Counted from the stretch's first letter, positions 8,952 through 20,601 are shown. The stretch is 30,531 nt of DNA from an uncultured Bacilli bacterium (GCA_944329545.1 CALVIK010000010.1:1-30531), one strand, 5' to 3'. Made by a program: numbers and translations. Notes: generated by a model from the sequence alone, not told the origin.

Positions 8952-9701
8952 CTATTTTTTCTTTTTTTGGATATTATATGTAATTTTAAGAAGTAATTTC
9001 CTTGGTACAAAACGAATTAAAAAGGGAATCAATTTCATTTTAAAACCGGGAATAATTATTAATTTTTCATTAAACATTTTATTAATAGCATATTTAGCCA
9101 CATCATAGCTATCCATCGCTTTTACAGCAAATTTCACTTTAGCAACTTTATTAAATTCTGTATTGACAGGTCCTGGGCATAAAACACTAATAGAAACATT
9201 GCTGCCTTCTTTTTTTAGTTCTTCTGATATAGCCATAGACAAATTCAAAACATAAGCTTTAGTAGCATAATAGCTTGCCATTAAAGGTCCAGGCATAAAA
9301 GCAGCTAAAGAGGCAACATTTAAAATATAACCTTGATCTTTTTTGCGAAAATCTTTTAAAAATAACTTTGTTAATGTTTGAACTGTTTTAATATTTAAAT
9401 CTATCATATCTAGTTCTTTATCAATTTTAATATCGGTAAAGTTATTACATATACCAAAACCAGCGTTATTAATTAAAATATCAATATCTTCTTTTTTTAC
9501 TTTATTATAAAGTTCCATGCAATTATAAGTACTGGAAATATCCATTTCTATAATTTTAACTTCTGTCTCTAATTCTTTAGCTAATTTTTCAAGTTTTTTG
9601 CCTCTTCTAGCTACTAATATTAAATCTATTCCTTCAGCACTTAAAATTCTTGCCATATCAGCGCCTATTCCAGAACTAGCGCCCGTTATCAATGCTTTCA
9701 T
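8952..9701 (-). CDS. Short-chain dehydrogenase/reductase
   Basis: TGASSGIG Rossmann motif, NNAG, YYATK (YxxxK), LCPGPV. Confidence 0.92.
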   Translation of the reverse strand: MKALITGASSGIGADMARILSAEGIDLILVARRGKKLEKLAKELETEVKIIEMDISSTYNCMELYNKVKKEDIDILINNAGFGICNNFTDIKIDKELDMIDLNIKTVQTLTKLFLKDFRKKDQGYILNVASLAAFMPGPLMASYYATKAYVLNLSMAISEELKKEGSNVSISVLCPGPVNTEFNKVAKVKFAVKAMDSYDVAKYAINKMFNEKLIIIPGFKMKLIPFLIRFVPRKLLLKITYNIQKKKK

Positions 9702-9757
9702 ACTATCAACCTCAATTTAATTATAACTTAATTAGCTATCTTTTGTAAATAAAAATT

Positions 9758-11197
9758 TTATTTATGTCTTATTTGATTTAATCCTTCAGTATCATTTTCC
9801 ACTCTTAAAATAAATTCTTCTATTTCATCTTCTGTCATATTATATAATTTTCGATAAATATCCGCAATAACTTCTAACTTTTTATTAGCTCTTGGTTTAT
9901 ATATTTCCCAAACCATTCCAATACTTTCTAATAATTTTACTTGCTCTAAAGGCATTTTACCTTTTTTATATCTTTGTCGTTGTTTATTTATCCAAGTACC
10001 TAAATTAACTCCATTAACTGTATAACTTTGGGGAATTTTTAAATGTTGATAAGTTTCATAAAATTGTTTAGCTAAAGCATATTTTTCTTGCCAGCGAATT
10101 GCTAATTTGTTTTTAACAATCGGAATATTTCCTAGTCGTTGAGTACTTGTTTTAGGTTTTTCAATTTCTTTTTCTAAAGTCAAAATTTCTATTTCTTGAT
10201 GCCATTTAATGCCAAGTTCTTCTAAAAGAGCAATTTGATATTCAGTCAGTTCCTGCCTATCGTAAGCATCTTTTTGTTTTTTTAACCATTTACCAATAGC
10301 TAAATCACGATAAATATAAGTTGTCTTAACATTAATAGTTCCATTATCTCTTTTTAATTTTTTCGCCATAATATAATATTTTTGCCATTCACTAGGTAAA
10401 CTTTGAAACTGCTTAGTACGATCAAATCTTTGCTCTTTTTCTTTTTTTGATTTTTCTAAATTAAATGGTGCTAAAGATTTATGAGCAGTTTGTTTTGGAT
10501 TTAAAATACTTACTAATTCATCATAATAAATTTGATGCTTTTGCAGTTCTTTTTCTAATGCCTCATCATCTAAAGATAAAATATAATCGTAATCTTTTTG
10601 AACATTTTTTAACCTAGTTTCCACTTTATTATCATCTTTTTTCGACCAATCATCTTTCTTTATCATAATTAAAAAAACATAAGCAATATTATCTTTAACT
10701 CTTTTATATAGAACTCTTGTCTGATAATCTTTTACTTCTTTGACACCTTTTATAGTTTTATTATTTGTTAATACTTTTTGTTTTGTAGGATTCTTTGTTC
10801 GTAATTCTTGTTGTAAATTGTCTAACAATTTTAAAACAACTGAATAATAATCTTTTTCAATACTTTCAATATCAGATAGTGGTAATATTTGTTCAGCTGG
10901 CGATAAAGCAAAAATAATATGATTTGTATTTTTCTCGCTAGGTTTTAAATACTTTTTACAAAATTCTATTTTATTAGTAAGATTATTAATTTCTAAAATT
11001 ATTTCTTTTTCATCAGAAGTGTTTTCTTGCCAAAGTTCATATAAACTAGTTAAATCATCGTCTAACTTTTCAATGATCTTTTCCATAATAAGGGCAAATT
11101 GTGGTATTGCTTTACTAGGTAAATCATCTTCTAATTGGTCTATATCATTACAATTTTGAATTTTATAATAATAGGCATCCGCTTGTAATTCTACCAT
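9758..11197 (-). CDS. Protein with two helicase-associated (HA) domains and a possible RelE/ParE-like domain, no helicase core
   Basis: Two W..Y....(G)...LG.W...Q......L...Q...LE.(L/I)G..W units at aa ~270-332 and ~368-430; KEVKDYQTRVLY...VFLIMIKK at aa ~150-182. Confidence 0.65.
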   Translation of the reverse strand: MVELQADAYYYKIQNCNDIDQLEDDLPSKAIPQFALIMEKIIEKLDDDLTSLYELWQENTSDEKEIILEINNLTNKIEFCKKYLKPSEKNTNHIIFALSPAEQILPLSDIESIEKDYYSVVLKLLDNLQQELRTKNPTKQKVLTNNKTIKGVKEVKDYQTRVLYKRVKDNIAYVFLIMIKKDDWSKKDDNKVETRLKNVQKDYDYILSLDDEALEKELQKHQIYYDELVSILNPKQTAHKSLAPFNLEKSKKEKEQRFDRTKQFQSLPSEWQKYYIMAKKLKRDNGTINVKTTYIYRDLAIGKWLKKQKDAYDRQELTEYQIALLEELGIKWHQEIEILTLEKEIEKPKTSTQRLGNIPIVKNKLAIRWQEKYALAKQFYETYQHLKIPQSYTVNGVNLGTWINKQRQRYKKGKMPLEQVKLLESIGMVWEIYKPRANKKLEVIADIYRKLYNMTEDEIEEFILRVENDTEGLNQIRHK

Positions 11198-11218
11198 AAC
11201 TATTCTCCTTTTAGTTCA

Positions 11219-11247
11219 ATTATAACATAGGCTTTAAATAAAGGCAA
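11219..11247 (-). promoter_or_regulatory. Sigma-A promoter with extended -10 for the HA-domain gene
   Basis: TTGCCT-N17-TATAAT with TG one base upstream of -10. Confidence 0.7.
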
Positions 11248-11270
11248 AAAAAGATGCTTATTTAGCATCT
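11246..11270 (-). terminator. Terminator of the ribosomal superoperon, overlapping the rplQ stop
   Basis: AGATGCT-AAATA-AGCATCT then T6. Confidence 0.75.
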
Positions 11271-11614
11271 CCTTCTACAAGTTCAATTTGAACCATTAAA
11301 GCATCGTCGCCACGGCGTTCATCTAATTTTAAAATCCTTGTATAACCACCGTTTCTATTTGCATAACGAACAGCTAAGTCATCAAACACTTTTTTAACAG
11401 TAGCTTTATCATTTTGTAAAAACGCTAAAGCTTTTCTTCTTGCGACTAACCTTCCATCTTTACCATATGAAATCATTTTATCAACAAATTTGCGAGCTTC
11501 TTTTGCTCTGGTTTCTGTTGTAACAACTTTTTCATTATTGATAATATCTTTAGTTAGATTCGCTAGCATACTTCTTCTGTGTTTATTATCGCGCCCTAAT
11601 TTTCTATAAGCCAT
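11258..11614 (-). CDS. rplQ: 50S ribosomal protein L17
   Basis: [24 protein letters not shown]. Confidence 0.98.
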   Translation of the reverse strand: MAYRKLGRDNKHRRSMLANLTKDIINNEKVVTTETRAKEARKFVDKMISYGKDGRLVARRKALAFLQNDKATVKKVFDDLAVRYANRNGGYTRILKLDERRGDDALMVQIELVEGDAK

Positions 11615-11628
11615 TTTACTCCTCCTAA

Positions 11629-12576
11629 CTAATCTTCATCACGGAATTTAAGTCCCATATCTTTAATTTTGTCTATAACTTCTTTTAAAGATTTTTTTCC
11701 TAAATTACGAATTTTCATCATTTCTAATTCTGATTTAGCTGTTAAATCACCTAAAGTATTAATATTAGCGCGTTTTAGACAATTATAAGCTCTTACAGAA
11801 AAATCTAAATCATCAATTGATGTTTCTAATTTTTTAAGTTTGCTGTCTTCTTGTTTCGCACTCATAATACCTGTAATATCAGCAATTTCACTTAAATTAG
11901 TAATAATATTTAAATGTTCAATTAATATTTTTGCGCCTAAGGCCATTGCATCTTCTGGTCTTAAAGCTCCGTTAGTTTCTACTTCCATAGTTAATTTATC
12001 ATAAGAAGCATCTTGACCAACACGAGCATTATCGACATAGAAATTAATTCTTTCCACTGGGGAATATAAAGCATCTACTGGAATATAGCCGATAGCTTTA
12101 TCTTTGATATATTTTTTATTATCACTAGCATAAACCGTACCACGACCATTAGCAATAATAAATTCCATATCTAACTTACCACCTTTAGAAAGCGTAGCTA
12201 TTTCTTGTTCAGGATTAATAATTTCCACATCAGCATCGCAAACAATATCAGCAGCAGTTACTTTGCGTTCTTCCTTAACCGATAAACGAGCTGTTTTGAT
12301 TTCATCAGAATTATTTTTAATAACAACATTTTTTAAATTTAAAATAATAGCCACAACATCTTCTACAACACCTTCAATGGTTTGAAATTCATGCATAACG
12401 CCATCGATTTTAACGGCAACAATCGCACTACCTGGCATACTTGAAAGCATAACTCTTCTAAGTGCATTACCAATAGTTGTGCCAAAACCTCTTTCAAGTG
12501 GTTCTAATTCAAATTTTCCATAATTATTACTTTCAATATAGTCTGTAATTTTATAAGTTGGTTTTTCAAAGTTCAT
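11629..12576 (-). CDS. rpoA: RNA polymerase subunit alpha
   Basis: [41 protein letters not shown]; start moved to ATG 12576. Confidence 0.98.
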   Translation of the reverse strand: MNFEKPTYKITDYIESNNYGKFELEPLERGFGTTIGNALRRVMLSSMPGSAIVAVKIDGVMHEFQTIEGVVEDVVAIILNLKNVVIKNNSDEIKTARLSVKEERKVTAADIVCDADVEIINPEQEIATLSKGGKLDMEFIIANGRGTVYASDNKKYIKDKAIGYIPVDALYSPVERINFYVDNARVGQDASYDKLTMEVETNGALRPEDAMALGAKILIEHLNIITNLSEIADITGIMSAKQEDSKLKKLETSIDDLDFSVRAYNCLKRANINTLGDLTAKSELEMMKIRNLGKKSLKEVIDKIKDMGLKFRDED

Positions 12577-12595
12577 ATTTCTTGGCTCCTTCCTT

Positions 12596-12979
12596 TTATC
12601 CACGAGGTCGTTTTGGTGGACGACATCCATTATGTGGGATTGGTGTTACATCAGAAATTGAAGTAATTTCTAAGCCAGCAGTTTGTAATGAACGAATTGC
12701 TGTTTCACGACCAGACCCAAGTCCTTTAGCAAAAACTTCAACTTTTTTCATGCCCATTTCGACAGCCGCTTTACCAGCTGCTTCAGCTGCCATTCCAGCT
12801 GCGAATGGAGTTGATTTTTTGCTTCCTTTAAAACCTAAAGTACCAGCAGAAGCCCAGCTAATAGCGTTACCATCTTTATCAGTAAGCGTTACGATGGTAT
12901 TATTAAATGTTGAATGAATAAATGCTTTTCCTTCTGGTACATTCTTTTTTACCTTTCGTTTTCTTGCTTTATAAGCCAT
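12596..12979 (-). CDS. rpsK: 30S ribosomal protein S11
   Basis: [31 protein letters not shown]. Confidence 0.98.
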   Translation of the reverse strand: MAYKARKRKVKKNVPEGKAFIHSTFNNTIVTLTDKDGNAISWASAGTLGFKGSKKSTPFAAGMAAEAAGKAAVEMGMKKVEVFAKGLGSGRETAIRSLQTAGLEITSISDVTPIPHNGCRPPKRPRG

Positions 12980-13001
12980 AATATCCTCCTTTTATAGTTT
13001 C

Positions 13002-13367
13002 CTATTTTTTCTTATTTGCAATCGTTACTGGTTTACCTTTACGAGTACGAGCATTTCTATTAGTTCTTTGACCTCTTACTGGTAAGCCTTTTTTATGACG
13101 AGTTCCTTCGTAAGAATTAATTTCCATTTTTGTTTTAATATTCATATTTACTTCACGGCGTAAATCACCTTCTGTTAAATATTTATCAACTTCTTTACGA
13201 ATTGCCACTAATTCTTCTTCCGTTAACTTATCTGTTTTTTTATTAATATCTACTTTTGCATCTTTCAAAATAGTATTTGATAAACTACGACCAATACCAT
13301 AAATATAAGTAAGGGCAATTTCGACTCTTTTATTTTTTGGTAATTCAATACCTTTAATTCGTGCCAT
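13002..13367 (-). CDS. rpsM: 30S ribosomal protein S13
   Basis: [19 protein letters not shown]; start moved to ATG 13367. Confidence 0.98.
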   Translation of the reverse strand: MARIKGIELPKNKRVEIALTYIYGIGRSLSNTILKDAKVDINKKTDKLTEEELVAIRKEVDKYLTEGDLRREVNMNIKTKMEINSYEGTRHKKGLPVRGQRTNRNARTRKGKPVTIANKKK

Positions 13368-13380
13368 AACTTTCCTCCTA

Positions 13381-13494
13381 TTAACCTTGTCTTTGTTTGT
13401 GTTTAGGGTTTTCACATATTACATATGTTTTCCCATGACGCTTTACGATTTTACATTTAGGACATATTTTTTTGACTGATGGTCTTACTTTCAT
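13381..13494 (-). CDS. rpmJ: 50S ribosomal protein L36 (zinc-ribbon type), missing from the ORF track
   Basis: Manual translation [37 protein letters not shown] (37 aa). Confidence 0.97.
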   Translation of the reverse strand: MKVRPSVKKICPKCKIVKRHGKTYVICENPKHKQRQG

Positions 13495-13504
13495 AATATC
13501 CCTC

Positions 13505-13720
13505 CTACTTTCTATAAGTTATTCGCCCGCGTGTTAAATCATAGGGTGATAATTCCACAGTTACTTTGTCGCCTTTTAAAATGCGAATTCTATTGCAACG
13601 CATTTTACCAGAAACGCGGGCCTTTATAACATGTTTGTTTTCAAGTGTTACTAAAAATTCACCACCTGGTAAAATTTCCTCTACCAATCCTTCTACTTCA
13701 ATAACATCTTGTTTTGCCAT
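13505..13720 (-). CDS. infA: Translation initiation factor IF-1
   Basis: [31 protein letters not shown]. Confidence 0.98.
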   Translation of the reverse strand: MAKQDVIEVEGLVEEILPGGEFLVTLENKHVIKARVSGKMRCNRIRILKGDKVTVELSPYDLTRGRITYRK

Positions 13721-13724
13721 ACTA

Positions 13725-14471
13725 TCACCTCCTGGTTAAAATTTCAAAGCCATCTTCAGTTATTAAAACGGTATGCTCAAAATGAGCTGATGGCTTATCA
13801 TCGCCGGTTATAATTGTCCAGTCATCATCTAAAATAAATATTTCGGCTGTTCCTAAATTAAGCATGGGTTCAACAGCAATTACCATTCCGGTTTTTAAAA
13901 GTGGACCGGTATGCGCTTTACCATAATTTGGAACATCTGGCTCTTCGTGCAAGTGATTACCAACGCCATGGCCAACCAGTTCCTTAACAACGCCTAATTT
14001 ATGCGCCTTGGCATATTTACTAACTGCATAACCAATATCACCAACTCTTATGCCATCTTTAATGACATTTAAACCTTCATATAATGCTTTTTCCGTATGC
14101 TTTAGTAAATATTCTTTTTCCTCGCTAATAGTTCCTACCGGATAAGTCCAAGCAGAGTCACCATGATAACCTTTATAACAAGCGCCAATATCAATGGAAA
14201 TAATATCACCATTTTTAAGTTTACGATTACTTGGTATTCCATGAACAACTTCATTATTAATTGAAGTACAAATAGATCCCGGAAAACCATCATAACCTTT
14301 AAAAGATGGGGTGGCGCCTCTTTGAACAATATAATCTTCGGCTAATTTATCAAGCTCTTTCGTGGTTATTCCCGGTTTAATAAATTGTTTTAAATAATTA
14401 TGGGTACTACCTGTTATTTCGCCGGCAATTTTCAAAAGCTCAATTTCTCTTGGCGTCTTAATACTTATCAT
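13725..14471 (-). CDS. map: Methionine aminopeptidase type I
   Basis: [16 protein letters not shown]...GYHGDSA, GHGVG..LHEEP, EPM, SAHFEHT. Confidence 0.97.
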   Translation of the reverse strand: MISIKTPREIELLKIAGEITGSTHNYLKQFIKPGITTKELDKLAEDYIVQRGATPSFKGYDGFPGSICTSINNEVVHGIPSNRKLKNGDIISIDIGACYKGYHGDSAWTYPVGTISEEKEYLLKHTEKALYEGLNVIKDGIRVGDIGYAVSKYAKAHKLGVVKELVGHGVGNHLHEEPDVPNYGKAHTGPLLKTGMVIAVEPMLNLGTAEIFILDDDWTIITGDDKPSAHFEHTVLITEDGFEILTRR

Positions 14472-15090
14472 AAACGCCTCCTATTATTTTTTCAATTTGT
14501 TTAAATGTATGCTCGGCATCAATATTACTATTGACATGATAAACATTCTTTTTAAAATATTCAATAAGTGGTTTTGTTTCGTCCTCATAAATTTGAAAGC
14601 GTTTATTAAAAGTTTCTTCATTATCGTCAGCTCTTTTAACAAGTTTGTGTCCGCAGTTATCGCAAATACCTTCTTTTTGCGGTTTTGCTGAAGCAAACAA
14701 GGTATTAAAAACACTACCACAATTTGGACAAACTCTCCGGCCAACAATTCTTTTTTGCGCTATTTCTTTATCGAGGTCTAAAACAATAACAAGCCCTAAT
14801 TTTATATTCAATTCTTTAAGCATCTTTTCATATAATTTTGCCTGCTCAAGAGTTCTTGGAAAACCATCTAAGACAAAATTTTCATTTTTTTCTAATTCTT
14901 GTTTTAACAAATTACCAATAAGCTCATTGCTGACAAAAGCGCCTCTAGCTAAAGTTTCCTTAATCATAGGATTATCAACTTTACGCAACAAATCGCCAGC
15001 AGATATATGGTGCAAATGATATTTTTGACTAATTTTTTTAGACTGCGTCCCTTTACCGGAAGCCGGGGGAGCAATAAATGTTATATTCAT
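14458..15090 (-). CDS. adk: Adenylate kinase with Zn-lid
   Basis: PPASGKGTQ, LDGFPRT, CPNC...CDNC lid, RADD. Confidence 0.96.
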   Translation of the reverse strand: MNITFIAPPASGKGTQSKKISQKYHLHHISAGDLLRKVDNPMIKETLARGAFVSNELIGNLLKQELEKNENFVLDGFPRTLEQAKLYEKMLKELNIKLGLVIVLDLDKEIAQKRIVGRRVCPNCGSVFNTLFASAKPQKEGICDNCGHKLVKRADDNEETFNKRFQIYEDETKPLIEYFKKNVYHVNSNIDAEHTFKQIEKIIGGVYDKY

Positions 15091-16349
15091 TAATGTCTTC
15101 TGCCTCTTTTATAGCTACGACTAATCATATTACTTTCAAGTTGCTTATATGCTTCTAAAACAACACCAACGACGATAATTAATCCCGTACCACCAATTGA
15201 TACTGTGGTTGGTAATGATGACACAGCACTAAAGACATATGGCATACAAGCAATAAATGCTAAAAATAACGAACCAACAACCGTTATTCTAATTAAAACA
15301 CGGTTAACATAATTAACAGTTTCTTCTCCTGGTCTAACACCAGGAATATAACCACCATTTTTATTTAAGTTTTCAGCCATTTCTTTTGGTTTAATTTGAA
15401 CAAATGTATAAAAATATGAAAATAAGATAATAAATACAATAAATAAGATGATTCCCGTTACTGATGATAAGCTAAGCCACTTATTAACAAATAACATCCA
15501 ATCTTCATTCTTTGCAAATTGTGCAATTAATGCTGGCGCGGAAATTAAAGCTGAAGCAAAGATTACAGGAATAACGCCGGCAGAATTTAATCTAAATGGT
15601 AAATATGATTGTTTTCTACTAGTACCGTTATTGCTTTTATTAGCATATTGAATTGGTAATCTTCTTTCCGCAAGTTGTACATAAAGTACTCCTAAAATAA
15701 CACCAACATAAATTAAAACAAATAAAGTAAATGATATAACACCTAAGAAAGCACTTTGGGTAGTCGCTGTATCTACAAGACCACTCCAAGCTTCTGTAAA
15801 CATATATGGAACACTTGCTAAAATACCAGCCATAATAATCATTGAAACACCATTACCTAAACCTTTTGTAGTGATTTGATCACCAATCCAAAGTAAGAAT
15901 GCTGTTCCGGCAGTAAGGACTAATGACACTTCTAAATAATCCATTACTGTGCCATTTTCTAAAAAGGCAAATGAGAACATATAACCTTGAATAAAGGCTA
16001 AAGCAATACCAAGTATTCTTGTTATTTGATTTAATTTGTTTCTCCCCGTTGAACCTTGTTTAGAAAGTTCTGTAAAATAAGGAACAACGCCCATTTGTAA
16101 AAGGGACATAATAATTGATGCCGTGATATAAGGCATAACCCCTAGAGCAAAAATTGAGAAGTTTTGCATTGCGCCACCACCCATAAGGTTTAAAAGCTCT
16201 AAAAATCCCATATCAAGGCCTCGATCAACACCAGGAACGGTTATTGCTGTTCCTATTTTAAATATAAATAAAGCAAAGAATGTAAAATATATTTTCTTTC
16301 GTAAATCTTTATTTTCCGGGCTAAATAATTGCTTTACTTTTGAAAACAA
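15090..16349 (-). CDS. secY: Preprotein translocase SecY (TTG start)
   Basis: SIFALGVMPYITASII, GLGNGVS, PFRLNSAGVIPVIFA, GYIPGVRPG, GGTGLII. Confidence 0.98.
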   Translation of the reverse strand: MFSKVKQLFSPENKDLRKKIYFTFFALFIFKIGTAITVPGVDRGLDMGFLELLNLMGGGAMQNFSIFALGVMPYITASIIMSLLQMGVVPYFTELSKQGSTGRNKLNQITRILGIALAFIQGYMFSFAFLENGTVMDYLEVSLVLTAGTAFLLWIGDQITTKGLGNGVSMIIMAGILASVPYMFTEAWSGLVDTATTQSAFLGVISFTLFVLIYVGVILGVLYVQLAERRLPIQYANKSNNGTSRKQSYLPFRLNSAGVIPVIFASALISAPALIAQFAKNEDWMLFVNKWLSLSSVTGIILFIVFIILFSYFYTFVQIKPKEMAENLNKNGGYIPGVRPGEETVNYVNRVLIRITVVGSLFLAFIACMPYVFSAVSSLPTTVSIGGTGLIIVVGVVLEAYKQLESNMISRSYKRGRRH

Positions 16350-16793
16350 CTAGATCACCTCGGCTTTTCCACCTGTTTTTTCAATTGCTTCTTTTGCTGT
16401 TTGTGAAAACTTATGTGCTTTTACTGTTAATTTTTTTTCTAATTTACCATTTCCAAGTACCTTAATGCCATCTAAACTATTTTTTACTAATCCCATGTTT
16501 TTTAAGATTTCTGGTGTTACTTCTGCACCATCTTCAAATTTATTTAAATCATCTAAGTTAATAACTGCATATACTTTTTTGAAGCGAGCATTAGTAAAGC
16601 CTCTTTTCGGAATTCTTCTGAATAATGGAGTTTGCCCACCTTCAAAACCAATTCTAACGCCGCCACCACTTCTTGAATTTTGACCATTTTCACCACGACC
16701 AGCAGTTTTTCCGATACCGCTTCCTGGTCCACGGCCTACTCTTTTACGATTTTTTGTAGCACCTTCAGCAGGTTTTATTGTATGTAATTTCAT
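16350..16793 (-). CDS. rplO: 50S ribosomal protein L15
   Basis: [18 protein letters not shown]. Confidence 0.98.
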   Translation of the reverse strand: MKLHTIKPAEGATKNRKRVGRGPGSGIGKTAGRGENGQNSRSGGGVRIGFEGGQTPLFRRIPKRGFTNARFKKVYAVINLDDLNKFEDGAEVTPEILKNMGLVKNSLDGIKVLGNGKLEKKLTVKAHKFSQTAKEAIEKTGGKAEVI

Positions 16794-17308
16794 TATAAAA
16801 TCTCCTCTACTTTTTTACCACGCAAAGCCGCTATTTCTTCAGCTGTTCTTTGTTGTTTTAAAGCTTCTAAAGTGGCTCTTGCAATATTAACTTTATTGTT
16901 TGATCCTAATGATTTAGATAAAATGTCTTTAATTCCAGCAAGTTCTAAAACACTTCTAACTGGACCTCCAGCTTTAACACCAGTACCTTTAGATGCTGGT
17001 TTTAGCATAACTTTACTAGCACCATATCTTCCGGTAGCTTCATGGGGAATAGTATTTTCATTAACAATAGCTACTTTTTGAATGTTTTTTGTCGCTGCTG
17101 CGACTGCTTTTTTGATAGCATCTGGAACTTCGGCAGCTTTTCCTGAACCGATTCCAACTTTACCTTTTCTATCACCAACAACTACTGTTGCTGCAAAGCG
17201 TAATTGTCGCCCACCTTTTGTTACTTTTGTAACGCGGCCAATATTAATAACTTCTTCGTCATATAATTTTGGGCGTTTTTCACGCGGTTCTCTTCTGCGT
17301 TTTTCCAT
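16793..17308 (-). CDS. rpsE: 30S ribosomal protein S5
   Basis: [30 protein letters not shown]. Confidence 0.98.
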   Translation of the reverse strand: MEKRRREPREKRPKLYDEEVINIGRVTKVTKGGRQLRFAATVVVGDRKGKVGIGSGKAAEVPDAIKKAVAAATKNIQKVAIVNENTIPHEATGRYGASKVMLKPASKGTGVKAGGPVRSVLELAGIKDILSKSLGSNNKVNIARATLEALKQQRTAEEIAALRGKKVEEIL

Positions 17309-17321
17309 CGCGCACCTCCTT

Positions 17322-17684
17322 TTAGAATTCTAAACCATTTTCGCGAGCAGCTTCGGCTAAAGCTTTAACGCGGCCATGATATAAGTATCCGCCTCTATCG
17401 AATACAACTTTTGTTATTTTTGCTTTTTTAGCTCTAATAGCTATTAATTCTCCAACTTTACGAGCTGCCTCTACATTTCCACCATTTTCTAGTTTCAATT
17501 CTTTATCAATTGAAGAAGCACTTACTAAAGTCTTTCCTGCACTATCGTCAATGATTTGTGCGAAGATGTTGCTATTAGATCTAAAGACATTAAGTCTAGG
17601 AACATCTTTTGTGCCAAAAACTTTACTGCGCACTCTAGCATGTCTAGCTTGCCTTACATCATTACGATTTACTTTTTTTATCAT
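17322..17684 (-). CDS. rplR: 50S ribosomal protein L18
   Basis: [30 protein letters not shown]. Confidence 0.98.
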   Translation of the reverse strand: MIKKVNRNDVRQARHARVRSKVFGTKDVPRLNVFRSNSNIFAQIIDDSAGKTLVSASSIDKELKLENGGNVEAARKVGELIAIRAKKAKITKVVFDRGGYLYHGRVKALAEAARENGLEF

Positions 17685-17708
17685 AATATCTTCTCCTTTT
17701 AGTTTTTA

Positions 17709-18239
17709 TTAAGCAGCTTTTTTACCAACTTTACGGATAATGTGTTCATCTTTATAACGAATACCTTTTCCTTTGTATGGTTCTGGTTTTCTAATTTTTC
17801 TAACATTTGCCGCAAACTCACCAACTAAACATTTATCAATTCCTTTAATAGTAATTTCTGTATTACTAGGATTTTCTACTGTAATACCTTCAGGAATTTC
17901 AACATTTACAGGATGAGAATAACCAGCAGTTACAACTAGTGTCTTACCTTTAACTGCAAAACGATAACCAACACCAACAGTTTCTAATTGTTTTTCAAAA
18001 CCTTTAGTTACACCAATAATCATATTAGCAATATTAGCGTTAGCTGTTCCATGAAAACTTTTATAAGCATCACTAGTTCTTTCTAATTTTAATTCATTAC
18101 CTTCTTCTTTTACAGTAATGTGGCTATTGATTTCAGTAGAAAGTTCACCTTTTGGTCCTTTAACTGTCACAATATTACCATTAGTAGTTACTGTAACGCC
18201 TTCGGGTACTTTAAGAATTCTATTACCTATACGACTCAT
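17709..18239 (-). CDS. rplF: 50S ribosomal protein L6
   Basis: MSRIG, KGPKGEL, RKPEPYKGKGI; start moved to ATG 18239. Confidence 0.98.
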   Translation of the reverse strand: MSRIGNRILKVPEGVTVTTNGNIVTVKGPKGELSTEINSHITVKEEGNELKLERTSDAYKSFHGTANANIANMIIGVTKGFEKQLETVGVGYRFAVKGKTLVVTAGYSHPVNVEIPEGITVENPSNTEITIKGIDKCLVGEFAANVRKIRKPEPYKGKGIRYKDEHIIRKVGKKAA

Positions 18240-18255
18240 ATTTATCCTTTCCTTT

Positions 18256-18648
18256 CTACCAAATATAAGCAAGCACTTCGCCACCTAATGAATTAGCTTG
18301 GGCATCTTTGCCGGTCATAATTCCTTTAGATGTTGAAACAATTGCAATACCTAAACCGTTTAATACTTTAGGCATTTCACTAGCTTTTGCATAAACACGC
18401 AATCCTGGTTTAGAAATTCTTTTAAGACCAGTAATTACACGCTGTTTTTTATTAACATATTTTAAATTTAAAACAATAGTATTTTGAACTTCACCTTTTT
18501 TTACTTTATAATTTTCGATATACCCTTCTTCTTTTAAGACTCTTGCGATTTCTTCTTTAATTTTAGAAGCCGGAACTTCTACTGTTGTATATCTCATTTG
18601 ATTAGCATTACGAATTCTCGTAAGCATATCTGCGATTGGATCTGTCAT
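18256..18648 (-). CDS. rpsH: 30S ribosomal protein S8
   Basis: [34 protein letters not shown]. Confidence 0.98.
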   Translation of the reverse strand: MTDPIADMLTRIRNANQMRYTTVEVPASKIKEEIARVLKEEGYIENYKVKKGEVQNTIVLNLKYVNKKQRVITGLKRISKPGLRVYAKASEMPKVLNGLGIAIVSTSKGIMTGKDAQANSLGGEVLAYIW

Positions 18649-18663
18649 ATATATCCTCCCTTC

Positions 18664-18849
18664 TTACCAGCTTGATTTTTTAACCCCTGGTATTTGTCCT
18701 TTATAAGCTAATTCTCTAAAGCAAATACGGCAAATCCCATATTTTTTAAGTACTGAGTGGGGTCTACCACAAATACTACAACGAGTATAAGCGCGTACTT
18801 TATATTTAGGTTTACGATTAGCTTTTACAATCATACTCTTTTTAGCCAT
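18664..18849 (-). CDS. rpsZ: 30S ribosomal protein S14 type Z
   Basis: 61 aa with RCSICGR...CRICFRE (four Cys). Confidence 0.97.
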   Translation of the reverse strand: MAKKSMIVKANRKPKYKVRAYTRCSICGRPHSVLKKYGICRICFRELAYKGQIPGVKKSSW

Positions 18850-18866
18850 AATTTCCTCCTATTTTG

Positions 18867-19406
18867 TTATTTTTTAAATGGCATACCGAAACCTTTTAAT
18901 AAATCTAATGCTTCTGCGTTAGTTTTAGCGGTTGTAACAAAAACGATATCCATGCCACGAACTTTTACAACATTATCATAGTCTATTTCTGAGAAAATCA
19001 ATTGTTCTGTTAGGCCTAATGTATAATTTCCTCTTCCGTCAAATGATTTAGGACTGATGCCTCTAAAATCACGAACTCTTGGAAGTGTAATACTAATTAA
19101 TTTGTCTAAAAAGTTATACATTGCTTCACCGCGTAAAGTAACTTTGCACCCAATTGCTTGACCTGCACGAACTTTAAAACCGGCTATCGCTTTTTTAGCC
19201 TTTGTAACTACTGGCTTTTGTCCTGTAATAATTTTTAAATCATTAACTGCAGCTTCTAGGAATTTACTATTACCAGTAGCATCGCCAACTCCCATATTAA
19301 CAACAATTTTGTCTAATTTTGGAGCTTCCATAATATTTTTATAATTGTATTTTTCTCTTAAACTAGGTACGATTTCTTTATTATATTTTTCTTGTAGGCG
19401 GTTCAT
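18867..19406 (-). CDS. rplE: 50S ribosomal protein L5
   Basis: [25 protein letters not shown]. Confidence 0.98.
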   Translation of the reverse strand: MNRLQEKYNKEIVPSLREKYNYKNIMEAPKLDKIVVNMGVGDATGNSKFLEAAVNDLKIITGQKPVVTKAKKAIAGFKVRAGQAIGCKVTLRGEAMYNFLDKLISITLPRVRDFRGISPKSFDGRGNYTLGLTEQLIFSEIDYDNVVKVRGMDIVFVTTAKTNAEALDLLKGFGMPFKK

Positions 19407-19426
19407 ATATACCCTCCTTTCAGGAT

Positions 19427-19735
19427 TTAATCAAGTTTTTCGTTAGATTTTTTAGAAACTCTAATTTTTTTACCATCTTTATTTGTAGTATGACCAATTC
19501 TGGTACCTTTTTTGGTTTTTGAATCGACAATCATTACATTAGAAGCGTGAAGTGGAGCTTCCATTTCTATAATGCTTCCTGCTTCATTACCAGTTGGTTT
19601 TAAATGTTTTTTTACTTTATTAACACCTTCAACAACTACTTTGTTTTCCGCTTTTAAAGTTTTGATTATTTTACCTTCACTACCTTTATCTTTACCAGCA
19701 ATGACAACTACTTTATCTCCAACTTTTAATTTCAT
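19427..19735 (-). CDS. rplX: 50S ribosomal protein L24
   Basis: [22 protein letters not shown]. Confidence 0.98.
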   Translation of the reverse strand: MKLKVGDKVVVIAGKDKGSEGKIIKTLKAENKVVVEGVNKVKKHLKPTGNEAGSIIEMEAPLHASNVMIVDSKTKKGTRIGHTTNKDGKKIRVSKKSNEKLD

Positions 19736-19749
19736 ATTATTCCTCCAAA

Positions 19750-20118
19750 CTATAACACTTCTTTAGCAAGTGATACAATTTTCATAAAATCTTTATCACG
19801 CAGTTCACGCGCTACTGGTCCGAATACGCGTGTTCCAACTGGGCTCTTATCGTCTTTGATAATAATACAAGCATTATCGTCAAATCTAATATAAGAGCCA
19901 TCTTTTCTTCTTAGACCAGATTTAGTTCTAACAACAACCGCTTTAACAACTTGGCCTTCTTTAACAGAGCCATTTGGTGTTGCTTTTTTAACGGTTCCTA
20001 CTACAATATCTCCAATATTGCCAGTTTTAACTTTGCTGCCACCTAATACTCTAATAACTAAAAGGTCACGAGCACCAGTATTGTCAGCTACTTTTAAACG
20101 GCTTTCTTGCTGAATCAT
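19750..20118 (-). CDS. rplN: 50S ribosomal protein L14
   Basis: [24 protein letters not shown]. Confidence 0.98.
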   Translation of the reverse strand: MIQQESRLKVADNTGARDLLVIRVLGGSKVKTGNIGDIVVGTVKKATPNGSVKEGQVVKAVVVRTKSGLRRKDGSYIRFDDNACIIIKDDKSPVGTRVFGPVARELRDKDFMKIVSLAKEVL

Positions 20119-20140
20119 AAATAATCCTCCTTCTAGCTAG

Positions 20141-20398
20141 TTATAAAATAACTGCTTTTTCTACTATTTCTACTAAACGATAATGCTTAGTTTTGGAAAG
20201 CGGTCTTGTTTCAGCTATTCTTACTGTATCACCAACACCAGCTTCATTTTTTTCATCATGAGCAGCATATTTTTTAGAGTATTTTACTCTTTTGCCATAT
20301 TTTTTATCTTTTCTGTAAGTTTCGACTAAAACGCTTATCGTTTTATCAGCGCCAGCACTAACAACTTTTCCAACTAATTCTTGTTTTTTATTTTCCAT
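20141..20398 (-). CDS. rpsQ: 30S ribosomal protein S17
   Basis: [24 protein letters not shown]. Confidence 0.98.
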   Translation of the reverse strand: MENKKQELVGKVVSAGADKTISVLVETYRKDKKYGKRVKYSKKYAAHDEKNEAGVGDTVRIAETRPLSKTKHYRLVEIVEKAVIL

Positions 20399-20406
20399 AT
20401 TTCCTC

Positions 20407-20601
20407 CTAGCCTTGTAATTCGCGTTCACGCAAAATTGTTTTAATGCGCGCAACTGCCTTTCTAAGTTCTTTTATCCGCGCTGGTTTTTCAAGACTACCA
20501 GTAGCTTGGCTAAAGCGTAAGTTAAACAACTCTTCTTTATATTCATCAATTTTAGCTAATAATTCTTCATTAGATAATTCTCTAAGTTCTTTACTTGTCA
20601 C
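20407..20601 (-). CDS. rpmC: 50S ribosomal protein L29 (GTG start)
   Basis: [18 protein letters not shown]. Confidence 0.97.
   Translation of the reverse strand: MTSKELRELSNEELLAKIDEYKEELFNLRFSQATGSLEKPARIKELRKAVARIKTILRERELQG

Noticed and set aside
12580-12600. rpsD absent between rpsK and rpoA
   Set aside because: Normal for Bacilli, where rpsD lies elsewhere.
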